A stretch of DNA of 60,993 bases, filler included. It is 5 parts of 5 records of this genome, joined end to end, with 100 filler letters (N's around TTAATTAATTAA, not from the genome) between each part and the next. Parts side by side here need not be neighbours in the genome. Positions count along the whole stretch, not along the records: positions 20,714 to 37,869 come from SRR22947725_3975; 4 more parts are not named here. One strand, 5' to 3'. The translations under genes were made by a program, and so were the position numbers. Numbering within the stretch: position 1 is the stretch's first letter; each line of letters starts with the position of its first letter. The notes under the pieces were generated by a model. It saw only the letters and a list, made by a program, of their open reading frames with translations, did not search any database and was not told the DNA's origin. Positions 29,981 through 37,969 of the stretch are shown here, in pieces.

Positions 29981-30397
29981 ATGATTGCAGCTAGGTCGGC
30001 AAAAAATACCCTTGGTTGCTTGGTTGGTTGTGCGATTGGGGATTTAGGTGCTATTTTTCTTTTTCAGAGTCATTTTGCACCGGAGTCTATTCCGCAGGAT
30101 TTATGGACCATGGTCTGGATCGTGGCAATGAGCTCAGGTATTCTGACCAGTGTGATTTTGGAAACTTTTATATTATGGAAGCAGTTGGGAGCAAAAGAGG
30201 CTTTCAAAACGGCGGTTGGGATGAGTATGATTTCAATGCTATTGATGGAGGCGGCCATGAATGTGGTTGATTATGGAATGATGGGTGCCCCTGCGATTAC
30301 TCTTTCAATCTTACCTTTTACCTTGGGTGCCGGTTTTCTTGCCGCCTGGCCTTACAATTTTTGGCGATTGAAAAAGCATGGGAAGTGTTGTCATTAG
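29981..30397 (+). CDS. DUF4396 domain membrane protein
   Basis: TL.CL.GC.IGD, SMISM..ME..MN..D, AGFLAAWPYN.W.L. Confidence 0.8.
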   Translation: MIAARSAKNTLGCLVGCAIGDLGAIFLFQSHFAPESIPQDLWTMVWIVAMSSGILTSVILETFILWKQLGAKEAFKTAVGMSMISMLLMEAAMNVVDYGMMGAPAITLSILPFTLGAGFLAAWPYNFWRLKKHGKCCH

Positions 30398-30470
30398 AGA
30401 AATGAAAAGAGATCGCTCTGTTTTTCTGTCCTTGCCCTTGGACGCTTTTTATTTCTAATCTTCGTATATT

Positions 30471-32090
30471 ATGAAACTTCTCCACCGCGAAGATGTATTA
30501 GAAGCAGGACATGATTTACCTACCACCGGGTTATGTGCCAATATTGGGCCGACCGAAATGGAAGAGCTCAAATTTGGTGGCGAGTGGATTCTAGCGGAAG
30601 ACGAGACGCTCGTTGCCGATGGGCATGAGCAAAGATTCCTATACATGGTGGTGATGGGGGAGGTGGGGATTTTTAAGGCCAATGATCAGGGAAAGAATCA
30701 ACATATTGCCACTTTGGGAAATGGAGCCGCGTTTGGAGAGATGGCTTTCCTTAGTGGTGGCGTTGCTTCGGCAAGTGTGCAGGCAGTGGGGGAGTGTATA
30801 CTCTGGAGGCTTGATCATGAACGTTTAATTGAATTTATTGGAGAACACGGAGCCGCGGGTGGTCAGTTATGTCTCAATGTGGCCAGCATTCTTTCGGGGC
30901 GATTAGTCGAGGGAAATGGGAAGGTGGTGGATATGGGAAAAGAGTTACAGGCATCTCTTGCTCAACTCCAACAGGTGGCATCGGCGGATACTCAGAAAGA
31001 TCAGGCTCTTAGGCAAATGCAGGGGAAGGTTTCCAATATGCAAAATGCATTTAAGGGAAGCGCGGTGAAGAAAAAAGGAAATAACTGGTTTGCCATTGCG
31101 GCCTCTACAGTTGCTTTCCTAAGCACTGCTGGTTTGGTAGGGATGTTTGTTGCGGGAGATGATCCCACTGCGGTGCAATCGGTTGATCTTAGCCAGGAGG
31201 TGGAAGAGTTAAAGGCCAATGAAGAATTTTATCTCGGTCTGAAGAAAAAATTGGAGTCTGAAAATAAAGAGTTAGCCAATGATAAAGACGAACTTGCCCA
31301 GGCAAAGGAGGAATTAGAAGGAAATATTGCGAAGTTGATGTCCAGTGAGCAGAATCTGAGAGATGATGTGAGGGGCTTGGAGAGAAAACTTTCAGAAGCA
31401 CGGGATGATATCATTCGAGCGGGCTCTGTGGCAAAGGCGACCAAGCCCTCCGCGGTCCAGGATAAAGAGAAAATGAGCAAGTCGGAGGGAGATCAAGTGA
31501 TTGACTGGGCAAGAAGGAACACCACACTCATCTTCCCACTCGTAATCAAAGCCCGTAAGCCCGTTATTTTACAGGATAGTGGCCAGCAGGTAAAGATACC
31601 GGTACCGGTGGGAGGTTCCCTGAAGGCCTCTCGTTTTCACCCCACTGCTCCCGGATATCTTGTGGTTTCCCAGCCTAATAGTGATAAATTTCGTGCGACC
31701 ATGTTAATTGATAACAGTAACTTTATCGAAACGGTAAAACCAAAGTATGAAAGTCTTTCGGACCGAATGGCAAGTGGTGGAAATCCTTTGTATGTCCGAC
31801 CCAAGAAACAATCATCCCCTGTCTCACAACCTATTTCGGTCGGGAGCTCGAATAATGGGGCTTCTACAATCGGGGCAGATAGCGAGATGAACTCCGCAAA
31901 AACGATGGGTACGGCTACTGTTTTGACCGGGCGTGCGAAAAACCCGCAAAAACCCGCAAATCTCCTCGATCAAGTTTCAAGTAAGCCAGCTAAGAAAGAG
32001 GATACGAGTGATCATGGTCCTAACTGTGTTTGCAGGGCCTGTCGTACAAAGAAAATGGGTAAAGGGGGGAGTCTTTTCCCGGATCTTTAA
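30471..32090 (+). CDS. Membrane-anchored cyclic-nucleotide-binding-domain protein with coiled coils and a C-terminal CxCxxC motif
   Basis: N-terminal LYMVVMGEV..IATL..G..FGEMAFL CNB domain, one TM (WFAIAASTVAFLSTAGLVGMFV), heptad-rich segments and a HGPNCVCRAC tail. Confidence 0.75.
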   Translation: MKLLHREDVLEAGHDLPTTGLCANIGPTEMEELKFGGEWILAEDETLVADGHEQRFLYMVVMGEVGIFKANDQGKNQHIATLGNGAAFGEMAFLSGGVASASVQAVGECILWRLDHERLIEFIGEHGAAGGQLCLNVASILSGRLVEGNGKVVDMGKELQASLAQLQQVASADTQKDQALRQMQGKVSNMQNAFKGSAVKKKGNNWFAIAASTVAFLSTAGLVGMFVAGDDPTAVQSVDLSQEVEELKANEEFYLGLKKKLESENKELANDKDELAQAKEELEGNIAKLMSSEQNLRDDVRGLERKLSEARDDIIRAGSVAKATKPSAVQDKEKMSKSEGDQVIDWARRNTTLIFPLVIKARKPVILQDSGQQVKIPVPVGGSLKASRFHPTAPGYLVVSQPNSDKFRATMLIDNSNFIETVKPKYESLSDRMASGGNPLYVRPKKQSSPVSQPISVGSSNNGASTIGADSEMNSAKTMGTATVLTGRAKNPQKPANLLDQVSSKPAKKEDTSDHGPNCVCRACRTKKMGKGGSLFPDL

Positions 32091-32188
32091 AATGTAATAA
32101 ATTACTGAATCTTATTTTAGATCCACCTACTGGTCGGCATTACCACCCCGGTAATGTTGGTTTAATTTTTAAACTCGTCTTCGGGCGT

Positions 32189-32222
32189 AAGGAAGGTTGA
32201 ACAAGTGCAACCTTCCTTTTTT
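32189..32222 (+). terminator. Intrinsic terminator between converging genes
   Basis: AAGGAAGGTTG-aacaagtg-CAACCTTCCTT followed by a T-tract. Confidence 0.8.
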
Positions 32223-32252
32223 ATGATTTTTTAGAAATAAGAAACCTTTTAA

Positions 32253-33347
32253 CTATTGGCTAAATAAAGCATGTAACCCAGCCCCCAAAAGGGCAGATGC
32301 CACAGAAAATATTAAATAGGCATGACGGCTCTTCCACCTTGTCAGTCTTTCCCAACCTGAGTACCAGTAGACAGATACTTCTTCCTGATGTCTGTAATGT
32401 TGTAAGTCCTCGAGGAATGTAGTGGTGGATGGATAACGGTCATACTTATTTCGTTTAAGTGCCTTCATGCAAATTGCTTGAAGATCACGTGGTATGTTAC
32501 GATGGGGGGCAACCTCGCGTGGAAGAGGAAGAGGCTGGTCGAGGATCTTCTTTTTGATTTCGTAAGGATCCTCGCCTTCCACCAAAAATTGCAGGGTTAA
32601 CATTTCAAACAAAATAATACCGAGAGAAAAAACATCGGTTCTTCCATCGAGATCGGCTTCTCCTCTGGCAATCTCTGGTGGCATGTACATCGGGGTTCCA
32701 TAATGTCTGCCCACGGGGGTAAGGGTGGTGTCCACCTTTTCATTCTTAATGGCTTCAGACTTTTGAAGAGTCGGTGCATTGAGAACTTTGGCTAATCCCC
32801 AGTCGAGCACATACACTTCACCAAATTTACCCACTATAATATTGGCGGGTTTAAGATCACGATGAATCACGCCGATATCGTGTGCGTATGCAATTGTTTG
32901 ACATACTTGGATTAAAATATCGAGCAGGCGGGGCAGGGGAAATTTTTCCACGACTTCGGGTACTTCCTGTCGCAGGTCAAAGAGAATCTCTTTCAGGTCA
33001 CGACCATCGACTTTTTTCATGGTGAAAAATAGCTGACCCTCCCGATCCCTTCCCAGTTCGTATAGTGGTACAGTACCGGGGTGCTGAATATTTGCGGTTA
33101 CCCTTGCTTCGCGCAGGAAACGCTTGGTTTCAATTTCAGAATCTCTCAGGTCTTCATGTAATGTTTTGTAGGCCACATTTCTTTGCAGATTTAAATCGAG
33201 AGTGGAATATAGCTTTGCGGTTCCCCCCTCCGAAAGGGGCTTGAGTTCATCGTATTTTAGTGAACCACTCTTCCATGATCGTGGGAGGAGGGTATCGGTA
33301 TCACCTGTATCAAATATATTGGAGATTTTTGGTTCTTTTCTGATCAC
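32253..33347 (-). CDS. Hanks-type serine/threonine protein kinase with a C-terminal TM helix
   Basis: VAYK, RFLREA, HRDLKPANI, DWGLAK, GTPMYMPPE, DVFSLG and a hydrophobic C-terminus. Confidence 0.93.
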   Translation of the reverse strand: MIRKEPKISNIFDTGDTDTLLPRSWKSGSLKYDELKPLSEGGTAKLYSTLDLNLQRNVAYKTLHEDLRDSEIETKRFLREARVTANIQHPGTVPLYELGRDREGQLFFTMKKVDGRDLKEILFDLRQEVPEVVEKFPLPRLLDILIQVCQTIAYAHDIGVIHRDLKPANIIVGKFGEVYVLDWGLAKVLNAPTLQKSEAIKNEKVDTTLTPVGRHYGTPMYMPPEIARGEADLDGRTDVFSLGIILFEMLTLQFLVEGEDPYEIKKKILDQPLPLPREVAPHRNIPRDLQAICMKALKRNKYDRYPSTTTFLEDLQHYRHQEEVSVYWYSGWERLTRWKSRHAYLIFSVASALLGAGLHALFSQ

Positions 33348-33355
33348 ATTAAAAC

Positions 33356-34321
33356 TTACTCTTTTATAGGGGTGAGTTTTCTTCGCCTTTTTTTATTTTC
33401 TGAGAGAAGTGCGATATTTTGTCCGAGATGATCGGTCTTTTTTTTGCGGGCGATTTGAATTTGGCGATTTCTTTCCTGCAGGCTTGCCCGCCTAACCGGG
33501 TCCAGAGTATCTGCACAGTGGGGGCAGCAAATTCCAGATTCGTATTTCTCAGATTCCATGTCTTCAACCTTGAGAGGCCAGCGACAACCAAAGCAGATTT
33601 TGGAATCTCCATCTTTTAGTCCATGTACCACAGATACCCGGTGGTCAAAAACAAAGCATTCCCCTTTCCATAAACTATCTTCCGGTTCAACATTCTCGAG
33701 ATAATTCAAAATTCCACCTTTTAAATGGTACACTTCAGTGAAACCATTCTGTAAGAGATGGGAAGATGCTTTTTCGCATCGGATTCCACCGGTACAAAAC
33801 ATGGCCACCTTCTTATCTTTTTGAGATTGTAAATTTTCTTTCACATATTCATCCCATTGACAAAAAGTTTCTGTATTGGGGTTCGTTGCTCCTTCAAAGG
33901 TTCCTAATTCAACTTCGTAGTCATTGCGAGTATCAATCACAACAGTATCAGGATCTTGAATGATCTTATTCCAATTCTTAGGTTCTACATAAGTTCCCAC
34001 CATATCGTTTGGATTAATGGAAGCGTCTCCCAGGGTAACAATTTCTTTTCTGATAACCACTCGTATTCGATAAAATGTTTTTCTCGGAGTGGTGGAGATC
34101 CGATAGGGCATTTGGCTAAAACGCTCTTCTTTTCTAATGAATGCTAAAATTTCCTTAATTCCTTCTGCTGAACTGGATACAGTTCCATTTATTCCTTCTT
34201 CCGCCAAAATAATCGTCCCAAGAACATTGAATTTTTTACAATGTGTCCTCAGTTTTCTTTGCCAGTTTATGCAGTCCGGTAAATTGGCAAATTGGTAAAA
34301 TGTTGCTACTGTCTGCTCCAT
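33356..34321 (-). CDS. trhO: tRNA uridine(34) hydroxylase TrhO (UPF0176 rhodanese family)
   Basis: GTIILAEEGINGT, DTRNDYE..GTF, MFCTGGIRCEKAS, HLKGGILNY, W.GECFVFD.RV. Confidence 0.9.
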   Translation of the reverse strand: MEQTVATFYQFANLPDCINWQRKLRTHCKKFNVLGTIILAEEGINGTVSSSAEGIKEILAFIRKEERFSQMPYRISTTPRKTFYRIRVVIRKEIVTLGDASINPNDMVGTYVEPKNWNKIIQDPDTVVIDTRNDYEVELGTFEGATNPNTETFCQWDEYVKENLQSQKDKKVAMFCTGGIRCEKASSHLLQNGFTEVYHLKGGILNYLENVEPEDSLWKGECFVFDHRVSVVHGLKDGDSKICFGCRWPLKVEDMESEKYESGICCPHCADTLDPVRRASLQERNRQIQIARKKKTDHLGQNIALLSENKKRRRKLTPIKE

Positions 34322-34374
34322 AGCTCTAGCAACCTAATCGAACCCAATAGGATAATCGAAATAAAAATACTTTT

Positions 34375-35406
34375 TTACGAATCGCCAACTTCAATTATTG
34401 CTTTTAACACACCGGAGTCTGGTTGGATTAACGAGTCGAATTTTTCAGCTACTTGATCCATTGTAATCCGATGGGTAATCCATGGCTCTGTGTCGATTAT
34501 TCCTTCTTCAATCAAATTAATGATCCGTGGAAAATCTCCCGGAAGAGCATTTCTTGAGGCCAATAAATCGATTTCTCTTCGGTGGAGGGCAGGGTGAGGG
34601 AAGCCGATCGTCTCCGTGGTAATGCCCACATAGACAAGTGACCCGCTGTAGGCTACATATTCCAGGGCATTGGACATGGAATGATGACTCCCTGTGGCAT
34701 CGGTAACCACATCGTAAAGACCACCATGAGTAATTTCTTTCATCGCTTCAATTTCAGAACCGTCCCCTTTAAAATGAACCAGATTTTCTATCCCGTAGTT
34801 CTTTCGGCAGAACTCGAGCCTCTCTTCGGACATATCCATTATGGTAAGAGTGGCTCCAGTCAGTCGATTGAACTCAATTGTTGAAAGCCCAATTGGACCG
34901 GCTCCTATGACGAGTGCATGATCGCCCTTTTTAGCTTTGCCACGGTCGGACGCATGACAACCGATTGCAAGAGTTTCCACTAGTGCAAGTTGATCGTAGG
35001 ATAATTGATCGGATGGATGTAATTTGTCCGCACGAATAATGGAACGTTCACAGAGTCCGCCATCCATCATTACGCCAAAAACCTTCAGGTTTTCGCAACA
35101 ATTTCCGTGTCTCTTTTTACAGGGGTGACATTCTCCACAATTGAGGTAGGGTTCGATTGAACAGCGATCTCCCGGTTTTACATTTTGTACACCCGGTCCG
35201 ACTCGAATAACTTCCACTCCAAGTTCGTGGCCAGGAATGCGAGGATAGTCAAAAAAGGGAAATTTTCCTAAATAGCAGCTTGCATCTGTTCCACATATTC
35301 CCATCCGGACAGTTCGGACAAGAGCATCACCAGGGGCAGGCTCGTTTGGTTCATCGATTTCAAAGGTTTGGAATGACTGGGGGGCGGTTAGGCGAATGGC
35401 TTTCAT
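34375..35406 (-). CDS. Zinc-binding alcohol dehydrogenase (sugar-acid dehydrogenase, LgoD/YjjN-like)
   Basis: GICGTD, PRIPGHE, structural Zn motif C..C..C.......C, GAGPIG, SRNA. Confidence 0.88.
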   Translation of the reverse strand: MKAIRLTAPQSFQTFEIDEPNEPAPGDALVRTVRMGICGTDASCYLGKFPFFDYPRIPGHELGVEVIRVGPGVQNVKPGDRCSIEPYLNCGECHPCKKRHGNCCENLKVFGVMMDGGLCERSIIRADKLHPSDQLSYDQLALVETLAIGCHASDRGKAKKGDHALVIGAGPIGLSTIEFNRLTGATLTIMDMSEERLEFCRKNYGIENLVHFKGDGSEIEAMKEITHGGLYDVVTDATGSHHSMSNALEYVAYSGSLVYVGITTETIGFPHPALHRREIDLLASRNALPGDFPRIINLIEEGIIDTEPWITHRITMDQVAEKFDSLIQPDSGVLKAIIEVGDS

Positions 35407-35445
35407 CTTTACAGCGGAAGTGCGATCGAGTGGTTAATAGGTGAT

Positions 35446-36207
35446 TTAGGACTGAACGGACTGAGTCCAAAAATGGGCCATCAGGGAAGCACCATGGGAG
35501 GAAGGGTGAACGCCATCCCCTGCCCAATGCTTAGGCGGGGCATATTGAACTGCTTCATCAAACATCGATTGAAAGGGAACAAAGGTGGCATTATTTTGAT
35601 CTGCGACTTTTCGGGCAGCGGCACGATAACGATCGAATTCCGGGAACCATTTGTCATTGACTGCTCCGCAGCGGAGAACGAAGGGTTCGCAGATCACAAA
35701 CTGGGTCTTAGGCAATGCCTTACGGGTTCGTTCCATGAGGCTAAGAAAATCATCTTCGTAGGTTTTTACAGTTCCCTCATATTTACCATTTAATCCGTGC
35801 CAAATGTCATTCACTCCGATCATTATACTGAGGATATCCGGTTTTAAGTCTAGGCAATCCTTATCCCATCTGTTGGCAAGCTGGTGTACTTTATTTCCAG
35901 AAATTCCACGATTATGAATGGTGAGGTTAAGCTGTGGGTTTTTAATCAAAAGATGCGACGCGGCCATCCATGCGTAACCTGCTCCCAACGCTTTTTGTTG
36001 ATTTGCAATTTGGTTTTTTTTGTCTCTTCCGGCGTCTGTAATTGAATCGCCCTGAAATAGAATAGTCGTACCTTTTGGGAGAGAGAGTTGATTTGCTTTC
36101 TCATGATGGCCCGCCATCAGGTTCGTACTTATAGAAGAAGCAAGTCCTGCAATTCCAGCGGTTGCGAGTAATCTTCGTCTGGAAATTTGATTGGTAACAT
36201 TTTTCAT
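35446..36207 (-). CDS. Tat-exported SGNH/GDSL hydrolase (acetyl esterase-like)
   Basis: SRRRLL Tat motif, FQGDSITD, NRGISG, IGVND, DGVHP. Confidence 0.9.
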   Translation of the reverse strand: MKNVTNQISRRRLLATAGIAGLASSISTNLMAGHHEKANQLSLPKGTTILFQGDSITDAGRDKKNQIANQQKALGAGYAWMAASHLLIKNPQLNLTIHNRGISGNKVHQLANRWDKDCLDLKPDILSIMIGVNDIWHGLNGKYEGTVKTYEDDFLSLMERTRKALPKTQFVICEPFVLRCGAVNDKWFPEFDRYRAAARKVADQNNATFVPFQSMFDEAVQYAPPKHWAGDGVHPSSHGASLMAHFWTQSVQS

Positions 36208-36314
36208 ACATTTTATATAGAGGATATTTAAATTCTAAAATCAATTACCAAATGTAAATTTCATTCTCTATCTTTGATCCTTGCCGATTGAAAAGATCAA
36301 ACTATTTTCAATCA

Positions 36315-36779
36315 ATGAATCTATTGGAAAAATTATCCGAATTAAAAATTTCACTTCCTGATGCACCTAAAGCCGCAGGGTTATACAAAACGATTTTGAT
36401 CCAAGACCGATTGGCAATGTTTTCCGGACACCTTCCAATACTGGATGATGGATCGATGATTACCGGGCAAGTGGGAACTGACTTGACGGTCGAGCAGGGT
36501 GCGCAGGCAGCTCGTCAGGTAGGGCTGAATATTATTGCCAGTTTACAGGCTGAAATTGGAGACTTGGAGCGAGTGGAAAGGGTGAGTAAGTTATTCGGGA
36601 TGGTGAATGCAGACCCGAGTTTTAACCAACATCCTTTGGTCATTAACGGTTGTAGTCAGTTATTTTGCGATATCTGGGGAAATGATCATGGAGTGGGTGT
36701 TCGGAGTGCCTGTGGAGTATCGGGCTTACCGGGGAATGTGGCGGTTGAGATTGAGGGTGCCTTTTTACTCAAGGAATGA
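36315..36779 (+). CDS. RidA/YjgF-family protein
   Basis: SGHLP..G.VG, INGCS.LF..IWG..G.G.RSA.GV..LP.NVAVEIE. Start placed at MNLLEKL. Confidence 0.88.
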   Translation: MNLLEKLSELKISLPDAPKAAGLYKTILIQDRLAMFSGHLPILDDGSMITGQVGTDLTVEQGAQAARQVGLNIIASLQAEIGDLERVERVSKLFGMVNADPSFNQHPLVINGCSQLFCDIWGNDHGVGVRSACGVSGLPGNVAVEIEGAFLLKE

Positions 36780-37429
36780 AACTATTGAGATGGATATTCT
36801 GGATGTTAGGAATTGGAGTGGCATTCCTTTTAGCATTCTATCTTGCCCACCCACTCCTACTGCCTGGTTATGCCCGTCTATTTCAAAAGCATACTGCCAG
36901 TAAAAATGCCGATGCGATTATCTGTTTATCCGGGGGGCGAACCACCCGGGTGGCAGAGAGTCTTAGGTTATGGAACGAGGGCTACTCCAAGAAGCTATTT
37001 GTAACTGAAGAGAGACCCAGGAATAGACAATTTTCCCAATTGGAACTCAGTCATTTGAAGTTTGTCCAAGAGGCGACAAAAATTATGCAATTGGATGCGA
37101 AATGGGAAATGCTTCCTTCCCTTACTGGCGGTGCCACCTCTACTTTTGATGAAGCGGAGGATGCACTGTCTTATGCGAAAGAAAAAAATTGGGAACGGAT
37201 TATCATTGTCACCGATGAATTTCATACCCGACGGGCCCATTATGCATTTGAAAAGATTTTTACCAATTCGGGTATCAAGGTCGAAGTTGCAGGAGCGAGT
37301 AACGAGGTTTTTTCAATTAGTAATTGGTGGAAGTCAGATGTTGGGATTTTATCTTATTTGGGAGAGTCAATTAAATTTCCTATCTACCTGCTGTGGAATT
37401 CGGAGCCCAAGATTGTAGAAAATAAGTAG
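36776..37429 (+). CDS. YdcF / DUF218 family protein
   Basis: N-terminal TM, ADAII.LSGG..R, STFDEA, IIVTDEFHTRRA. Confidence 0.85.
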   Translation: MKLLRWIFWMLGIGVAFLLAFYLAHPLLLPGYARLFQKHTASKNADAIICLSGGRTTRVAESLRLWNEGYSKKLFVTEERPRNRQFSQLELSHLKFVQEATKIMQLDAKWEMLPSLTGGATSTFDEAEDALSYAKEKNWERIIIVTDEFHTRRAHYAFEKIFTNSGIKVEVAGASNEVFSISNWWKSDVGILSYLGESIKFPIYLLWNSEPKIVENK

Positions 37430-37600
37430 CGTCTCGATACCTTAAAATGATTTTTTCTACCTCAGTAAGTTTTCGTTGAAAATGGAGTTAGGATAAAAGT
37501 TTTCAATTCGTCCTTAATTAAAAAAATAGTACAAACTGAGAAGGATTTCTCAATATTGGAAAAGTCGAATTTCGCTTGAACCTGAATAAGTTTGTAGAAC

Positions 37601-37869
37601 TTATACTTTCTCGGGAACCACATAGGGTGGTCGGTATGTTCGTGATAGCATGCCATTCGCTTGATCATCCCCGATAATCGTTTCAGTTTGGGAGTCAAAA
37701 TGTAAGGTTCGACCCACAATGTAATCTGTTTCTTCCAGTTTCAGTCCATTTTCCTTTAAGTGGTCTTGCATGCGTTCTAAATATTCATAGGCCTTTTTAT
37801 TTTCGCCAAAGGCTTTATTCTTTTTACTGAAACTGGATTTTTCACCCAGGCGATAGGAAAGATTAGCCA
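37601..37869 (-). CDS. Gfo/Idh/MocA-family oxidoreductase, C-terminal fragment
   Basis: Manual translation gives ANLSYRLG..GRTLHFDSQTETIIGDDQANGMLSRTYRPPYVVPEKV*, the typical tail of PVC/Bacteroidota Gfo/Idh/MocA proteins. The 5' end is cut by the spacer. Not in the ORF track. Confidence 0.75.
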
Positions 37870-37969
37870 NNNNNNNNNNNNNNNNNNNNNNNNNNNNNNN
37901 NNNNNNNNNNNNNTTAATTAATTAANNNNNNNNNNNNNNNNNNNNNNNNNNNNNNNNNNNNNNNNNNNN
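37870..37969. other. Artificial contig spacer
   Basis: N44-TTAATTAATTAA-N44. Confidence 0.98.

Noticed and set aside
31939..31960. Short tandem repeat AAAACCCGCA x2 in the cNMP-domain gene
   Set aside because: Only two 10-bp copies in a low-complexity linker with the frame intact, so there is no evidence of phase variation.
37462..37719. 85-aa minus-strand ORF from the track
   Set aside because: It overlaps, in another frame, the better-supported Gfo/Idh/MocA C-terminus (37601-37869) and has no recognisable features.
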